Shown here one piece after another: positions 37,770 through 51,504 of a stretch of DNA of 64,000 nt; the first letter of the stretch is position 1, and each line of letters opens with the position of its first letter. Location of the stretch: contig MU058213.1 in NCBI GenBank assembly GCA_013265495.1, forward strand, positions 7,146,066 through 7,210,065, given 5' to 3'. A program made the translations under genes and the position numbers. The stretch is from Vicugna vicugna (lineage: Eukaryota). The notes under the pieces were generated by a model. It was not told where the DNA came from. It saw only the letters and a list, made by a program, of their open reading frames with translations, and did not search any database.

Positions 37770-38795
37770 CTATTAAACAGAAGAAATTCATGTAAACTTA
37801 AGTGACAAAATAACTTACTCTTAATAATTATGCCTCCTCATGAAATGTCCTCAATAACAAAAGAAAACAACAGATGAAATATGTAAAACCCAGAATAACA
37901 ATATTTATTTATAATTTGATTCAATTACAGTATTTGCCTAATTTTTGCCATTTTTTAATTTGTCTTCAAAATCATAAAATATTTGGTTTGTGGGAGTACA
38001 GCAGTTGTAAAGAGATAATTAGTTTTAAAATGTTTAGAAATCTTCAGCAGAACTAATCTGCAGAAGAGTTTGCCTTTTAAAGATGGTAGTGGTGAACTCC
38101 AAAGAAACTGAAAGGTACTTTAAATGAATAAAGGGAAATGAAATATAACATACTGATTTAGTATCTTTTCTAGACCTAAACTCATTGCCTTTATTATTTA
38201 TTTAAAAATGGTTTTCACTGGTGGATGTAGGGCAGGCAGTGAGCAATGTATGGAAAAGCTTTCCTATTCACATAAATAAATAAAAAGCTACCCCTCAAAA
38301 GAAGCAGTTCTTATAATGAAGCAGATGTTTAAGTATAAGCAGAGAATTCAAGTTTGAAGCCAGATCCTTCAAACACTGTGACAAGCCCCAAAGGTGGAAC
38401 TACGCAACTAATAAAAGTCAGAACAACTTCCCACCCTCAGTGGTAGAACAAACATATTAACTACCAAGGTTGTCACTCCAGATCAGCTGCATGCTCTGGG
38501 GAAAGTCAGTCTCAGTCCCAGTTTCCTCATACATAAAATAGAGATAAAACTAACACCAGTCCTTCCTGGAAAGCTGTGAGATGCAAATTAAATTCATCTC
38601 AATCTGATGTACAGTAATGCTTGGTAGAAGGGCGGATTTTTAAAAGTCATGATGTCAGTCCTGAGAGCTAACAGTCTGACTGTCCTATCTTCTCATCCCT
38701 AAAAAGGGCTGAGATGTATGCTTCCTTACACCTCCAAGATGTAGGCTATCATATTCTTCTAGCCTCCTTTGTATTAAGTAGAAATACTGGTGCCA

Positions 38796-38835
38796 GTCTA
38801 CAGCCATACCACCCTGAACACACCCAATCTTGTCT
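38796..38835 (+). pseudogene. 3'-truncated 5S rRNA retropseudogene (nt 1-40)
   Basis: GTCTACAGCCATACCACCCTGAACACACCCAATCTTGTCT versus 5S GTCTACGGCCATACCACCCTGAACGCGCCCGATCTCGTCT: 35/40, all five differences are CpG transitions. Flanked by AAATACTGGTGCCA at 38782-38795 and 38837-38850. Confidence 0.92.
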
Positions 38836-39044
38836 TAAATACTGGTGCCACTAGTATATTTTCTTGGGAGAGAGAAAAGATTAATGTGAAATGGATCACA
38901 AATGGGGTCAGGGGAAGTGTACAACAGGATTAAAAGTCTTGAAAATAAATAATTTAAACTTAACCAATATATTTAGAGATAAATGAAAATTAGTGATCAT
39001 ACTATCAAGTTTTAAAATTTCCACTACAAAGTAAAGTTTCTTAC

Positions 39045-39129
39045 TTGAGTGCTGAAAGTTTTTCTTTCAATTCTTCTGAGGTAATTTCTTCTAGCAGGAA
39101 AAGCTTTGAAGTAAATGCATCAATATGTC
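39045..39129 (-). CDS. ICE2: ICE2 coding exon (85 nt)
   Basis: ttttag|GACAT...CTCAA|gtaag. Encodes (G)HIDAFTSKLFLLEEITSEELKEKLSAL(K). Confidence 0.95.
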
Positions 39130-39630
39130 CTAAAATAAAATATCAAACTCAAAAAGAACTATGGTGTTTAAAAAACAAAAAAACAAGTTATCTAGTCTCT
39201 TTAAAAATATTTTTACAAAACTGTAATAACTATAAAGGGACTTTATATTCTAAAAAGAGACAAAATTCACATTTTATTAAGTTTATTAAGTAAAGTTATA
39301 TTTTAAAATAACATAAAAGTCATAAAATAACATTAAAATAACTTATAAAAGAAATATGTATTACTTCCAAAATATTCACTGAATCTAGAAAAGTTTACAG
39401 AATCCACACCCAAAAAATCATCTCTAACCCATAATTTAAGAATAACAACTGTTAAAAGAGGGGTTGTTCTAATTCTTATTAAAGTTGCATTTCTATGGAA
39501 ATTAAAATTTTAGAGAAATATGTACCTATTATTAAAGCAAGTGGGTAAAGTCAAATTTATAGTTAGGCCATGTGCTGCAAATTCCTAAAACAGACTTAAA
39601 GATAGAAATTAGATTATAAAAATCTGGCTT

Positions 39631-39701
39631 AATCATTCACTGTAGCCAAGATATGGAAATAACCTAATGCCCATCAATGGATGTCTGAATAAAGATGTGA
39701 T

Positions 39702-39748
<47 letters not shown>

Positions 39749-40241
39749 GGAATATTATTCACCTATAAGGAAAAAAGGAAATCCTGCTATTTGCAACAAC
39801 CCAATGGACCTTTAGGGCATTATGCTAAGTGAAATAAGTCAGAGAGAGAGAGACAGAAATACTGCATGGAGTCACTTATGAGGAATCTGGGGGAAAAAAG
39901 TCAAACTTACAGAAACACAGGAGAAAAGTGGCTCGCAGGGGTTCGGGGGCTAAAGAGTATAAACTTTCAGCTAAAAGGATGAATAAGGTCTGAGGATCTA
40001 ATGTGTAACATGGTGACTATAGTTAATAATACTGTCCTGCATAACTGAAATATGATAGGGGAGTAGAACTTAAATATTCTCATCAAAAAAAGAAAGAAAA
40101 AAAAAATACATGAGGTGATGGACGTGTTAATTTACCTAAATGGGAGGAATCCTTTTACAATACATATGTATATCAAATCATAATGCACACTTTAAATATC
40201 TTACAATTTTATTAGTTAACTATGTCTCAATAAACCGTAAA
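39631..40241 (+). mobile_element. 5'-truncated L1 3' end with 13-bp TSD
   Basis: L1 3' UTR motifs; AAAAATCTGGCTT at 39618-39630 and 40242-40254. Confidence 0.88.
39707..39746. repeat. (CA)~20 microsatellite inside L1
   Basis: Uninterrupted CA run. Confidence 0.95.
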
Positions 40242-41765
40242 AAAAATCTGGCTTGGTTTTTAATTAAAGCACATCATAAGATTTCCTACAGTTTAAAAAA
40301 AAAAATCAAAGGAGTTTGTTACAAGTCTTACTTTCTCACAAACATGACCTAATTCTAGAATTCCAAAAAACACAACAGTCAATTACCAAGATTACAATTC
40401 CATTTAAAAAGTAGTATGTATATTCTACAACAAAACTGGTTGAGACACAACATTGAGGCCAAAATGTTTCAAGAAAGTAATATAAAAGATAGTCCTTGGT
40501 CACATGTTATATAATCATGTCAATATAAAAACTATGCTATAGTAATATAGTTAAAAACATCACTAGCATAAGAGTGTCATACTCACCAATGCTGAAAATA
40601 ACATCATTTAAATTTTAATTTTCTTTAGATTCTATCATTTTTTTTGATGAGAACTCTTAGAATTTATTCCCTTAACAGCTTTCAGATATAACATACAGCA
40701 ATGTTAATTATATTTATCTGTCATTTATTTATCAGAACATGTGACCTGGAAAGCTGACATCAGTCCTTGTGCAACAAAAGAAAACGCACATAATTTAATA
40801 TCATATTTTCATATGTAGGACCCCTTTCATTTGCTTTGTGCTTGTAAAAAAGAATTAGAAACATTTTTACCAGACACTTTTCTTCTAAAACAACAATCTA
40901 TTTTTCCCACACCTACTTATTATTTCCTGTGCCAAGTTTTAGTTTCACCTCTGCATTTCTAACACTCATTATACAGTGACGTTTCTAATAACAAAGACAC
41001 ATTTTAATGGTTTAATAACTGTAGAAAGGGAATATTAAGTAGAATAAAACATTTTTAGACATTCACTAAATATGCTTTTGAGGAAACTAACAGTTCTTAT
41101 CTTTTTAAAGCAATCTCAACAAAAAGTATGTGTTATAGTGTACATCAGATACAGGCAGTCAGAAATACACACAGAACATCATACTAAGTGCTGTGAGGCC
41201 CCACCTCCTCAAGGAGCTTCTAATTCTCTCAATATTGGAGCATTCTGACCTGTGGACCTCAAGTGAGTCATACGTGTGCTTGAGACACTTATCTCTTCAG
41301 TGATTCTGATACACAATCAAGTTTAAGAATCGCTGGACCAGAGACCTATAAACCAATATGCTCTTCAGTTAAGTAACTGAGATCTTCTATTACTTGTGTC
41401 CCATGAGATATGCTATATCTGAATCTTAATCACACATGTAAAGTTTACCCTCCCAGTTATCGCCAAAAGATCTAATGCAACTTTGTCCCCAACTTTGATT
41501 TCTGGGAAGAAACTGTCTTAAATTCTTTGAAATATTGAAATCATAGGGCTAGGGAGGGCAAACTGACAAGAAGTGCTTAAGTTACACGGAGGAGTGGCTA
41601 GCAAGAAATGAGTAAGGAAAACTCACGCCACAACTGAGAAAGGACCACGGTGCCTGAGTGCATGGCAAAGAGGAGAGGGGCACCTCGAAATCTTCTGGTT
41701 AGGATTTTAAGATCCCAACTTCTGAGACACAATAAATCATTTGTCTTAAGTCACACTGATTAACC

Positions 41766-41823
41766 TTGTTATACACACTGTACTTCACTTTTGTTATACA
41801 CACTGTACTTCACTTTTGTTATA
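41766..41823. repeat. Perfect 25-bp tandem duplication (x2.3)
   Basis: TTGTTATACACACTGTACTTCACTT twice, then TTGTTATA. Confidence 0.95.
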
Positions 41824-42559
41824 TTTAACATCCTCTCCTCCCCTCTACCCCAACCAATTCTTCCCTAGCCCTTTTTAGGTTTACACCAAGTTAGAAAAAT
41901 TTCAAAACTGTCACTAAATTCTGATTCTGACACTGATGAACTCTGTGTCTATCAGTAAGTTACTTAATCATTCTGAGCTTTATTTTTTTCTTTTATTTAG
42001 AGCAGCAGTCAACACACATTAAAAGCTGTTAACAGCAATTAAAATTACAAAAACGTTTGGAAAGAATAAAATAATACGCAATATGATTAATTATGCTTTG
42101 TTGTTTTGATAAATCTAGTTTTAATTCTGTGTGATACAACTATTTGAAGGATGGATTTAAAGTTCAGTTCACTTTGCTATAGGTTTTAAAGGCTGTCATA
42201 GCTAAAAAAAGGTACCCGCAATGATACACAGATCCAAATGGAACAAATGCCTCATTGCGAGGGTTGCTCAACCATGACAATGTTATATTTAACACCACAC
42301 ACCAATTACCCAAAAGTTTTTGCTGAAATTCTACTAATGAATGTCCACCCTCCCTGGTGTTAGTCAATTTTTTATATGAACTTAAGGTAGGGGCTGCACT
42401 CCTATCCTAGAGGCTCTTTGGGAGATTCTAAAAGAAAAGTATTTTCAAATCTGGTTCTAAGCCGTAAGAGTACACAGATACATCAGGTTTTTTGATTTTG
42501 TTTTAAATAAGCAACACCTTTCATTTTTGGCAACAAAATCATACATAAAATATCCCTGA

Positions 42560-42645
42560 GGATGCTATACAGCACAGCTCTAGGGGTGGCCATTCACATG
42601 GAACAGACTGAGCGCAATGTCTCCCTGGCCATGTGCAATGTGAAG
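42560..42645. mobile_element. MER91A-like hAT MITE remnant
   Basis: GCACAGCTCTAGGGGTGGCCATTCACAT...CCCTGGCCATGTGCAA. Confidence 0.5.
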
Positions 42646-43259
42646 ACAAGGAGAACACTTTCCATTTTACATGTCACAGGACTCCATGACAACATTCGAG
42701 AGAGAGGACCACCTGTCGATACACATAATTAATACCAGAAATGTTTAATTTTTTTAGAGAAAAATTAAATGAGAGTATTTTCTTCTTGTATCCCATTGTA
42801 AAAAGAATAACATATATAGATTCAGTGGTTTGTTTTCTGTCATTTCCCTTCTGCTTGCCTTTTCTGTTCCTTCAACCAATTATCCAAGCCAACTTCGCTC
42901 ATTCTAAAAATACTCACTGAGTGCCTCTGTGTTCTAGATATTGTTCTAGGCACTTAGGATGTATCAATAAACAGAAGAGACAAAGGCAATAAATATCATG
43001 AGTAATTAAATCACACAATTTGTTAGTGGTGACTCAAAAAGGGACTGGGAATATATTTGGAAACAATAACCCAAGGAAGAAAGAAAAGCAGAGATGTGAG
43101 CCTGGCACTTGGGGCTGCTTCTGTCTTAATTAAGAGTGTCTGTTAATCTGGAAAAAGCAACCAAGAGACTGAAAAATGTACCAGAGCTTTCAATAGTCTC
43201 TTAGGATTAGAGAAACAAAAACTGGAGTTCTGGGTCTACGAAGTAGATAAACACTAACG

Positions 43260-43960
43260 TTCTAAGTTGGGGCCCTGGTTTGGTGATTCTCTAAAAGGAC
43301 TCATAGCCTCAGCATACAGTTGTAGTCATGGATGAGATTTATTGTTGCAAAAGGATACAAGCAAAAGAAGAATCAGCAAAAAGAAAAGAAATGTGGAGTG
43401 AAGTTCAGAGGAAATGAGGTGCAATTTTCAAAAGTACTCTCCTGAGTTTCTATTTGGGATGATGAAAAAGCTCTGGAAATGGAAAGTGATAATGGCTGCA
43501 CAACACTGCAAATGTACTTAATACTAAATTGTACACTAAAAAATGTACAGTAAATTATACACTGAATTGGTTAAAATGGTATATTTCATATTACGTATGT
43601 TTTATTAAGGCAGTCCTTTCCCACTGGAGTCACACAAGATGCACTTAATTTCTCCAGCAATTTTTTTTTAAATACCAGAGAAACCTATTGGAGACTCAGT
43701 ACTCAGGGTTTTTATTGGGGGCTCATTATGTAGGCACCCTCTGCCTAACACACACCAAAATTTCAGACTCTCAGAAGGAAAGCAGGTGTTCAGAGTGAGC
43801 CATATTGTTTGCAAACAGTGTAGGCACAATGAGCCATCCTATCAGCTATGGGAAGTCTATTATCAGTGTAGAAAACCATTTAGTATCCAAGTTCCCAGAA
43901 ACCAGCAGAGAGCTAGCCTCGCAAGCAGGCTTTTCCAAAGACTGGCAATGTCAGACCATG
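43260..43960. mobile_element. MER21-like LTR interrupted by an L1MB-like 3' fragment (~43443-43605)
   Basis: GGTTTGGTGATTCTCTAAAAGGACTCA...AGAAGGAAAGCAGGTGTTCAG; inner GAGTTTCTATTTGGGATGATGAAAA...TGGTTAAAATGGT. Confidence 0.65.
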
Positions 43961-44217
43961 AAAGGCAACGTCCAGCAATAAGTGGGAAGTAAACTGGCCT
44001 TTCTACAGTCCAAAGTCAAGCTTCAAATCACCTAAATCCCTGTAACTGGATTATAGCAAACCAGGATTGCTAGTGTGGTCAAAAGTAATCCTGTCTAGAG
44101 GAAGAAAACATTTTAACTCTCACATTATCTCTATAATTTCTCATATATAATATCGAGTCCTTGATAAGGAAGATTCTGGCATACGATAAAAAAAACATGG
44201 ACTGAAAAAGAACAACC

Positions 44218-44662
44218 TGTTGTGGAACGAATGGTGTCCCCATACAAACATATGTCAGAGCTCTAATCCCACTAACTCAGAATGTGAATTTCCTTGGAAA
44301 GAGGACTGTTGCCGATGTAATTAGTTATGATGAGATCACAGTTGAGTAGGATGGACCCTTAACTCAATATGAATGGCGTCCTTATAGGAAGACAAGAGAG
44401 AAAGGAAAATGATGCAAGTGACGACAGAGGCAGAGGTGAGAGTGATGCATCTATAAGACAAGGATGCCAACGACTGTTGGCAAAACACTGGAAGGTAAAA
44501 GAGGCAAGAAAGGATTCCCTCTCACAGGTTTCAGAAGGAGTATGGCCTTGTGATACCTTCACCTCAATTTCTAGCCTCCAGAACTGTGAAACAGTAAGTT
44601 TCTGTTGTTTTAAGCCACCCAATTTGTGGTGCTTTTTATGGCAGCCCTATGAAACTAATACA
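44218..44662 (+). mobile_element. MLT1C-like solo LTR
   Basis: CAGAACTGTGAAACAGTAAGTTTCTGTTGTTTTAAGCCACCC...GGCAGCCCTATGAAACTAATACA. Confidence 0.8.
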
Positions 44663-44699
44663 CAAAAAAATAACAGAAAAGACCCACAAGGGATCTAGG

Positions 44700-47570
44700 T
44701 AACAAGGGTATTAGATACAGACTTCAAAATAATTTTGCCTAATACACTTCAGACACAATCAAGAATTTCTGTAGAAGACTATACTGTATAAAAAAGAACC
44801 AAATGGAAAATCTGGAGCCAAAAAATACAATAGCTGAAATTAAAGACTCAGGTAATGAATGAAATAGTATATTAGGAACAGCTAAAGAAAACATTAGTAA
44901 ACTAGAAGAAAATATAGTCATACAGGAAGAGTCAAAAGGAAGACTGCACAGGGGGTTGGCACCCCTGACCTCTGTGTTGTTCAAGGGTCAACTGTAGTTA
45001 GAATCTTAGAGATGCAAGAAGAAAAGCATTAAAAAAGTTAACTACATGGTTAAGGGTAAATGAATATTAAATGTATACACTGATTATAATGTATATAAAA
45101 ATAAGATAATATTGTCTGAGAAGAGGCTAGAATACACCAATAATTAATGGTGAAAATCAAAAAATGCATGTTATAATTACTTGAGTAGCAGGGTCCAACT
45201 GAACTTTTTTGTGATAATGAAAATATCTGCAGTGTCCAGTGCAGTAACCAGATGTGGCTTCTGAGCATTTGATATATGGCTGGTATGACTGAGGAACTGA
45301 ATTCTGAATTTTACTTAATTTTAATAAATTTACACTTAAATAGTCATCTGTGGCTAGTAGCTACTGTATTAGACAACACAGCTCTAAAATCATCATCAAG
45401 AGACTAGTATAAGAGCATATAATTATGTTAACATATAACTATCCTATTAATAAAAGGAAGACAATGGAATAAAAATATTCAATGCATAAGAAGGCACTAA
45501 GAGGAAAAAGAAGTCCCTGAACAGACAAGTCAAACAGAAAACATAAAAAATTTGTAGACAGAAACCCAAATTTTTTGGTAATGTGTAATAATTACTATAG
45601 TTACTACAGACATTAAAAGATCATAGGAGGATCTTTATGCCATTAATATTGAAAATTTTAGAAAAATAAACAAATTTCTTAAAAAAGCACATGTGCACAC
45701 ACACCAGTTACTAAAATTGATTCAAGAAATGAATTATCTGAGTGGTTCTAAAACTAATTTAAAAATTGAATTGATTATTAAGACATTCTCAAAAAGAAAC
45801 TCTAGATCTACATGCTTCTCAGGTCAATTTACCAAACATTGAAGTAAGAAATAACACCAATAAAAATTCTACCAGATAACAGAAAAAGAGGAAATAGATC
45901 CCAACCCATTTTATGACATAAACTTAACCTTAATACCAATATCTCACAAGGAAAATTATAGGCCAATCTCACTCATAAACACAGATGGCAAAATAAGTAT
46001 TAACAAACTAAATCTACCAACATACAAAAAGAGTTATATATCATGACCAAGCTGTATAAATGGTAGGGACATGGGGTGGATTAACATTTTAAAATTAATT
46101 AATATGATTCATAACATTAGTAGAAGAAAAGAGAAAAGTTATACCATCATAACAATAAATGCAGACAAAATATCTGATAGGTATTTTTTAATTGAAGAAA
46201 AACAAGCTGACGAAATTTACTTTATCAAATAGTAAAACATTTTATAAAGCTGGAGTAATTAAGACAGTTAATGGTTTAGCTAGGGTAATTACTTAATTGC
46301 TCTAGCTAGAGTAATTAAAACAGGAACTGTCTCAAGGATAGAGAAAGAGGGTCCAGAATTATCACATATATGATTTATAACACAAGTAACACTGGAGAAC
46401 AGCAAAGAATGGTCTCTTCAGTAAATGGTGCTGAAAACTGGGAAAAAAACAAAACAAAACTTGATATTCCATGCAAAAATAAATACTACAAGAACTGTGT
46501 ATCTAGAAATTAAAAAATAAAAAAATAAGGCTTCTAAAAGATAATCTGTGATAATATCTTCATGATTTTGCTGTAGGGAAGATTTCTTAAACAGGGCAAA
46601 TGAATCATTAGCCATAAAGGAAATGGCTGTTGGTCTATATCAAGTTCAAAAGACACCATTAAGAGACTGAAAAGTCAAGGCAGAGAGTAGAAGAAAAATA
46701 TCTGTAACATTTAAAACTAACAAAGAACTACCAAACAAAAATTTGCCAATAGAAAAAGAAGTTTGAACAGGCAATTCACAAAAGTGAACACCCAAATAAT
46801 TATTAATCAATGAAAGTATCCAACTTCCTAAATAACCAAGGAAAGGCAAATTAAAACATTAATGAGGTATTATCAATATCTACCTACCAGCATGGATAAA
46901 ATTAAATAAACTGATAAGACCAAGTATGGACAAGGCTGTGGAGAAACTGCAACCCTCACATACTGCTAATGTAAATGTAAAGCGACACAACCACTTGGGG
47001 AAACTTTCTAGAATTCTCTACTGAAGATGAATGGATGCTTAAGCTACGACCCCGTAATTCCACTCCTAGGTAGACACACAACAGCAATGTGTACACACTG
47101 CACTAACAGACATTTACAAGATGTTCATAGTTGTATTAACATGGAAACAACCCCAGCAGGCTCCCAAAGTTAAGTGGATTAATAAATTGTGATATATTCT
47201 TATAAAGGAGTATGTCAAAAACAATAAAAATAAACTACTGCTATACACAAAATGTATAAATTTCAAAAAATATGTTAGTAAAAGAAGGCATAAACAACAG
47301 AGTACTACTTTAGGATTTAACTTGTATAGAGCTGACAAAAACAGAACGATTACACTGGAAGCCAGTATAGTGGTGACCACTGCAGGAGAGGAAAAAGGCT
47401 AAGACTGGGAAGTGTCACAAGGGAAGTCTTCCTGGGCACTGGTAGTTTTCAACATCTTGATCTGGCTGCTAGTTAAGAGGTGCTGGTTTGTTATACTTCC
47501 TTGAGCTGTAAAGTATATTTATAATTTTTTCACTTTTCTGAATGTAGATTGCTACACTTAAAAAGCTAAA
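44700..47570 (+). mobile_element. Fragmented old L1M(D/E) with nested Tigger2-type end (~44945-44996) and MER3 (~45190-45385)
   Basis: L1 motifs AAATTATAGGCCAATCTCACTCATAAAC, GGTCTCTTCAGTAAATGGTGCTG and AATTCCACTCCTAGGTA; GTTGTTCAAGGGTCAACTGTA; TGACTGAGGAACTGAATT...CTAGTAGCTACTGTATTAGAC. Confidence 0.7.
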
Positions 47571-47711
47571 AATCAAAGGGAAAAACATATCAAAACAAAG
47601 GTATATTTTACTACTGACAGTGTCTTAGGACTGAAGGAGCACCACATAAACATTTTAAAAATTATGTGTAAGTATACAGACATTATCAGGTTTTTGAAGT
47701 CTCCTTTAATT

Positions 47712-47859
47712 AATTAATTTATTTTAAAATTTGGGGGGTTAATTCAGTTTTTTAATTTACTTACTCTTTTAATGGAGGTACTATGGACTGAACCCAGGAC
47801 CTTGTGCATGCTAAGCATGTACTCCACCACTGAGTTATACCCTCCCCACTACCCCAACT
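47712..47859 (-). mobile_element. Vic-1-like SINE with imperfect TSD
   Basis: Reverse-complement tRNA-Ala head at ~47773-47847. Flanks AGTCTCCTTTAATT and AGTCTTCTTTTAATT resemble a TSD. Confidence 0.85.
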
Positions 47860-48454
47860 AGTCTTCTTTTAATTTTTGGTTAAGAAATTCTTTCCTATTC
47901 TGGTATCATAAAGATTATTTTCATATTTTCATCTTTTTCTCAGTACAAAAATATACACGGTATTACTTCCTTGTCTTTAGGTATCTATCTTCATTAAGGA
48001 GACGTCTACTTCTAGGGCAATACATTATGTAATCATCGTAATAAAAAGGATTTGTGTATACAGTCCCTGAGGTAGACTGAACAAAATATTATTATGGCCA
48101 CTATATACAGATGAAAAAGCTGAGGTCTAGAGAACGTAAATGATTTTACCCAAGGTAAAATAACTATAAAATATGAAGTGCTCATACACTTATCTTTTGA
48201 CTCCCACAGTCAGCTTGCTTTCTACATTCCATTATAGTGGAATCAGAAAAGATATGGATATAAATTCTGGATTTCCCACAAATTGTGTAATCTTGAGCAA
48301 TAATCTCTCTCTTAGCCTCAGTTTCCTCCTCTGTAAAACAAAGATAAACATCATCTATTCTACAGAATAGTAAGGATTAGTAATAATGAATATATAGTCC
48401 TTGACCCTCAGTACATACTTCATAAATGAGTTAGAGTATTACTGAATTATTTTA

Positions 48455-48548
48455 TAACATACACAAATACATAAATATAAGTGTGTGTGTGTATATATGT
48501 GTGTGTATGTATATACACATACACATATATATACATACATATGTACAT
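48455..48548. repeat. Compound TG/TA/CA microsatellite
   Basis: Alternating purine-pyrimidine runs. Confidence 0.85.
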
Positions 48549-49507
48549 TTAATAGCTTCTAAGGATGATTTTGGAGCATTTCAAATGTAATATATAATTT
48601 GATTTGAGTAGTACGTACATAAAGAACAAAAATGAGAGAAAAACAACAAAACAAAACCTCCAGCAATATGCTAAGAGCTGTATCTTGGGAGTCTGGAGGA
48701 GGCGAAGCTAGGAGGACTAGAGTAGCAAGGGAAGGGAGACCGACACACAGAAGATCAAACAACAAAACGTTTGAAAAGAAACACATTACTGCTTTTAAGT
48801 TCATACTATAACTCATAATAAGTGAAATATCATACAGGTAAAAATAATTTTCAATTAGCTAGTTATTTAGATGTCAAAGGGCAGTAATAAATACTTCTGA
48901 AGCCAGATGTCCTAAGATGCCCTATAAAATATAAATATCTTGACCATCTGTTGACAGGTGCTCTCCTTTAAAACTAAAACCACTAACTCTACATGATGTT
49001 AGACAGAACTTTAAAAAAGAGACTAAGTAATGAGTCACACATACTACCTTATAGTCACATCTGATACGTAACTTGTTTTAACTATACTCAGTCACCCCAG
49101 ACACTATAACAAACTGCAGCTTTCTGTTTTTATCCTATTTCCAGAAAGTAACTATAATAAAAACTTATTTAGGAGTCCTTTCTCCTACACTCCCTTCCTG
49201 TTGCAACATTTTTCTTAAGTTGAAAGAGTAATATAACAACATTCAAAATAAACCTCAAAACTCATAAATGCTTTTAAAATAGCATTTCAAAACATATTTA
49301 CTCCTACACAAGAAGACAAAAAAAAAAACCTCAAAGACACCCAAAGAAAACACAACCATGTTACAATACAACATAAGTTTCTCAAAAAACAGGTGTCTAA
49401 GATACAAAATACACCATCCCATTACATTAAAATGAATGGGTTATCAGTGGATAGGATTTACTGACGATAAAGTTACATAGTGAAATGATTACTTAGGACT
49501 AAAGAAT

Positions 49508-50295
49508 ACAGGAGTTCCAACATGTTCACAAGGTGATACGTTCCAAGACTCTGCAGTGAATGTCTGAAACTGAGGATAGTACCAAACTCTACATATACTG
49601 CTTTTTCCTGTACATACCTATGATAAAGTTTAACGTATAAATTAGGCTCAGTAAGAGATGAACAACAACAATAATACTACAGAACAATTTTAACAATATA
49701 CTATAACAAAAGTTTTCTGAATGTGGTCTCTTTCTCTCGAAATATTTTTAAAATGTAATGCCTTTTCTATCTTCACTAAGTACTCATAACTTGTGCAGGC
49801 TGAGGAGTGACAGCAAAACAAGCATGGATATATTTTTCCTTGTTCACAATTTCACAGACAGGAGGTTTGTTCTGACCACAGATCTTAGCAACCTCAGCAC
49901 ATGAATTGTTTTCTTTCCTTTTATTAAGTTGAGAACTTTCACATTTTTACTTAAAGGAAGCCATTTGTGGCTTCTCTTTGGCATATCTAAATTGCCAGCA
50001 TCTTACACTCTTGCACTTCAGGGCCATTAATAAGTAAAATAAGAGTTACTTGAACACAAGCACTGCGATACCTCGACTATAGATCTGGTACTGAGACGGC
50101 TACTAAGTGACTGATGGGCAGGATACGCTGGACAAAGGGATGGTCCATGCCTTAGGCACTATACAGAATGGTGTGCAATTTAAAATTTATGAATTATTTC
50201 CAGAATTTTCTATTTCATGTTTTCGGACTATGGTTGACTGAGGGGTAACAAGCTGCTGGAGAACAAAACTGCAATTAAGTCGGGAGACTACTGTA
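49508..50295. mobile_element. MER44/Tigger7-type DNA transposon
   Basis: TACAGGAGTTCC start and GGGAGACTACTGTA end; internal ATACGTTCCAAGAC and ATACCTATGATAAAGTTTAA motifs. Confidence 0.75.
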
Positions 50296-51301
50296 CTTTT
50301 GATAAAGTAAGGCATATTGATGATGGTAGCTTTATCTGTTAAACATTAAAAAAAAACTATAAATGTTTTAGTCAGGACTATCTATTCTGCCAGTACTTTA
50401 AAAAAGATTTCAACGGTAAGTTTTTCTTTGGTCCTTAACTAAAATTGATGTGGCTGGCAATAGCCTGCTAGTAGTACATGAAGACTGTTGGTGCATTTCA
50501 TTGCAACAGGTCTTTTTGAAAGAATGCTGAAATTGTGGTCACTGGCTGAGAACTATGACAACAAACTTCCAGCATTATGTATGAAGGGGGAGGAAGAAGC
50601 TAGTGCATCACCAAGTAGTGCATTTAGCCACTTCCCTAAGTAGGGCCAAGCAGAGAAAGTATATCAAAGATCTTATTAACACTCTCTTAAGATATGAAGA
50701 TAAAATACTGATTAGCTAAAATGTGGAAAAAAATTTCAAGTGATAACCTTTATTGATTAAGCAAGAAAAACACACATATAACACTTATTGTGTAACAGAA
50801 ATTATGCTAAGCACTGCAAGAATATAAAATTTCATCAGGCTCTGACATTAAACTAGTTTTGTCTAAGGAGAAAAGAGGATAGACTTAAAAAAGAACAATA
50901 AACTAGAAAGCAACAAGTCATAAGAGTCGTAAAAAAGACAATACACTGAGAAATCCAGGGAAGGAAATGACATTGTGGAGGGGCATCCTGAGATGCCTGG
51001 CATGGATTAGGACGTATAGGATGAACTGAGAAGTACAGGATTAGGCATTCCAGTGGAACGGAACAGTATCAATACTGATCAGCCAGTAACCCTTCACGTG
51101 AAGGATGTTAACTGTACGTGAACCCAGCCAACACAAAGTAAGTCCCTGCCTAACTATCCCCTCAAAACAAAACAAAAACAAACTCGAGAAAAGTTCATCA
51201 AGATATTTGAGATTTAAAAAAACAATGTCATTATAATTTTAAGAAAATTTCAAAATACACTGAAACCAATTAAATAGTACTTTTTAAAAAAGTTTGTTAG
51301 A

Positions 51302-51504
51302 GGAAATGAATTCGGCCAATAGCCTAAGTGAGTCTGAAAGAGGACCCCAAGCTTTGGACAACATTGCACTACCAGTGAACACTCTGATTTCAGCCTAGTG
51401 AGACCACGAACATAGGACCCAGATACTTATTCGTGAACTCCTGACCCATGGAAATGTGAGACAATAAATGTATGTTGTGTTCAGCTGTTACCAAAAAAAA
51501 AAAT
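51302..51504 (+). mobile_element. Polyadenylated MLT1 LTR fragment retroposed with a TSD
   Basis: MLT1-like body, AATAAA at 51463-51468, A-run at 51493-51503, flanked by AAAAG(T/C)TTGTTAGA. Confidence 0.75.

Noticed and set aside
51091..51104. Perfect 14-bp palindrome CCTTCACGTGAAGG with an E-box
   Set aside because: About four 14-bp palindromes are expected by chance in 64 kb (64000/4^7).
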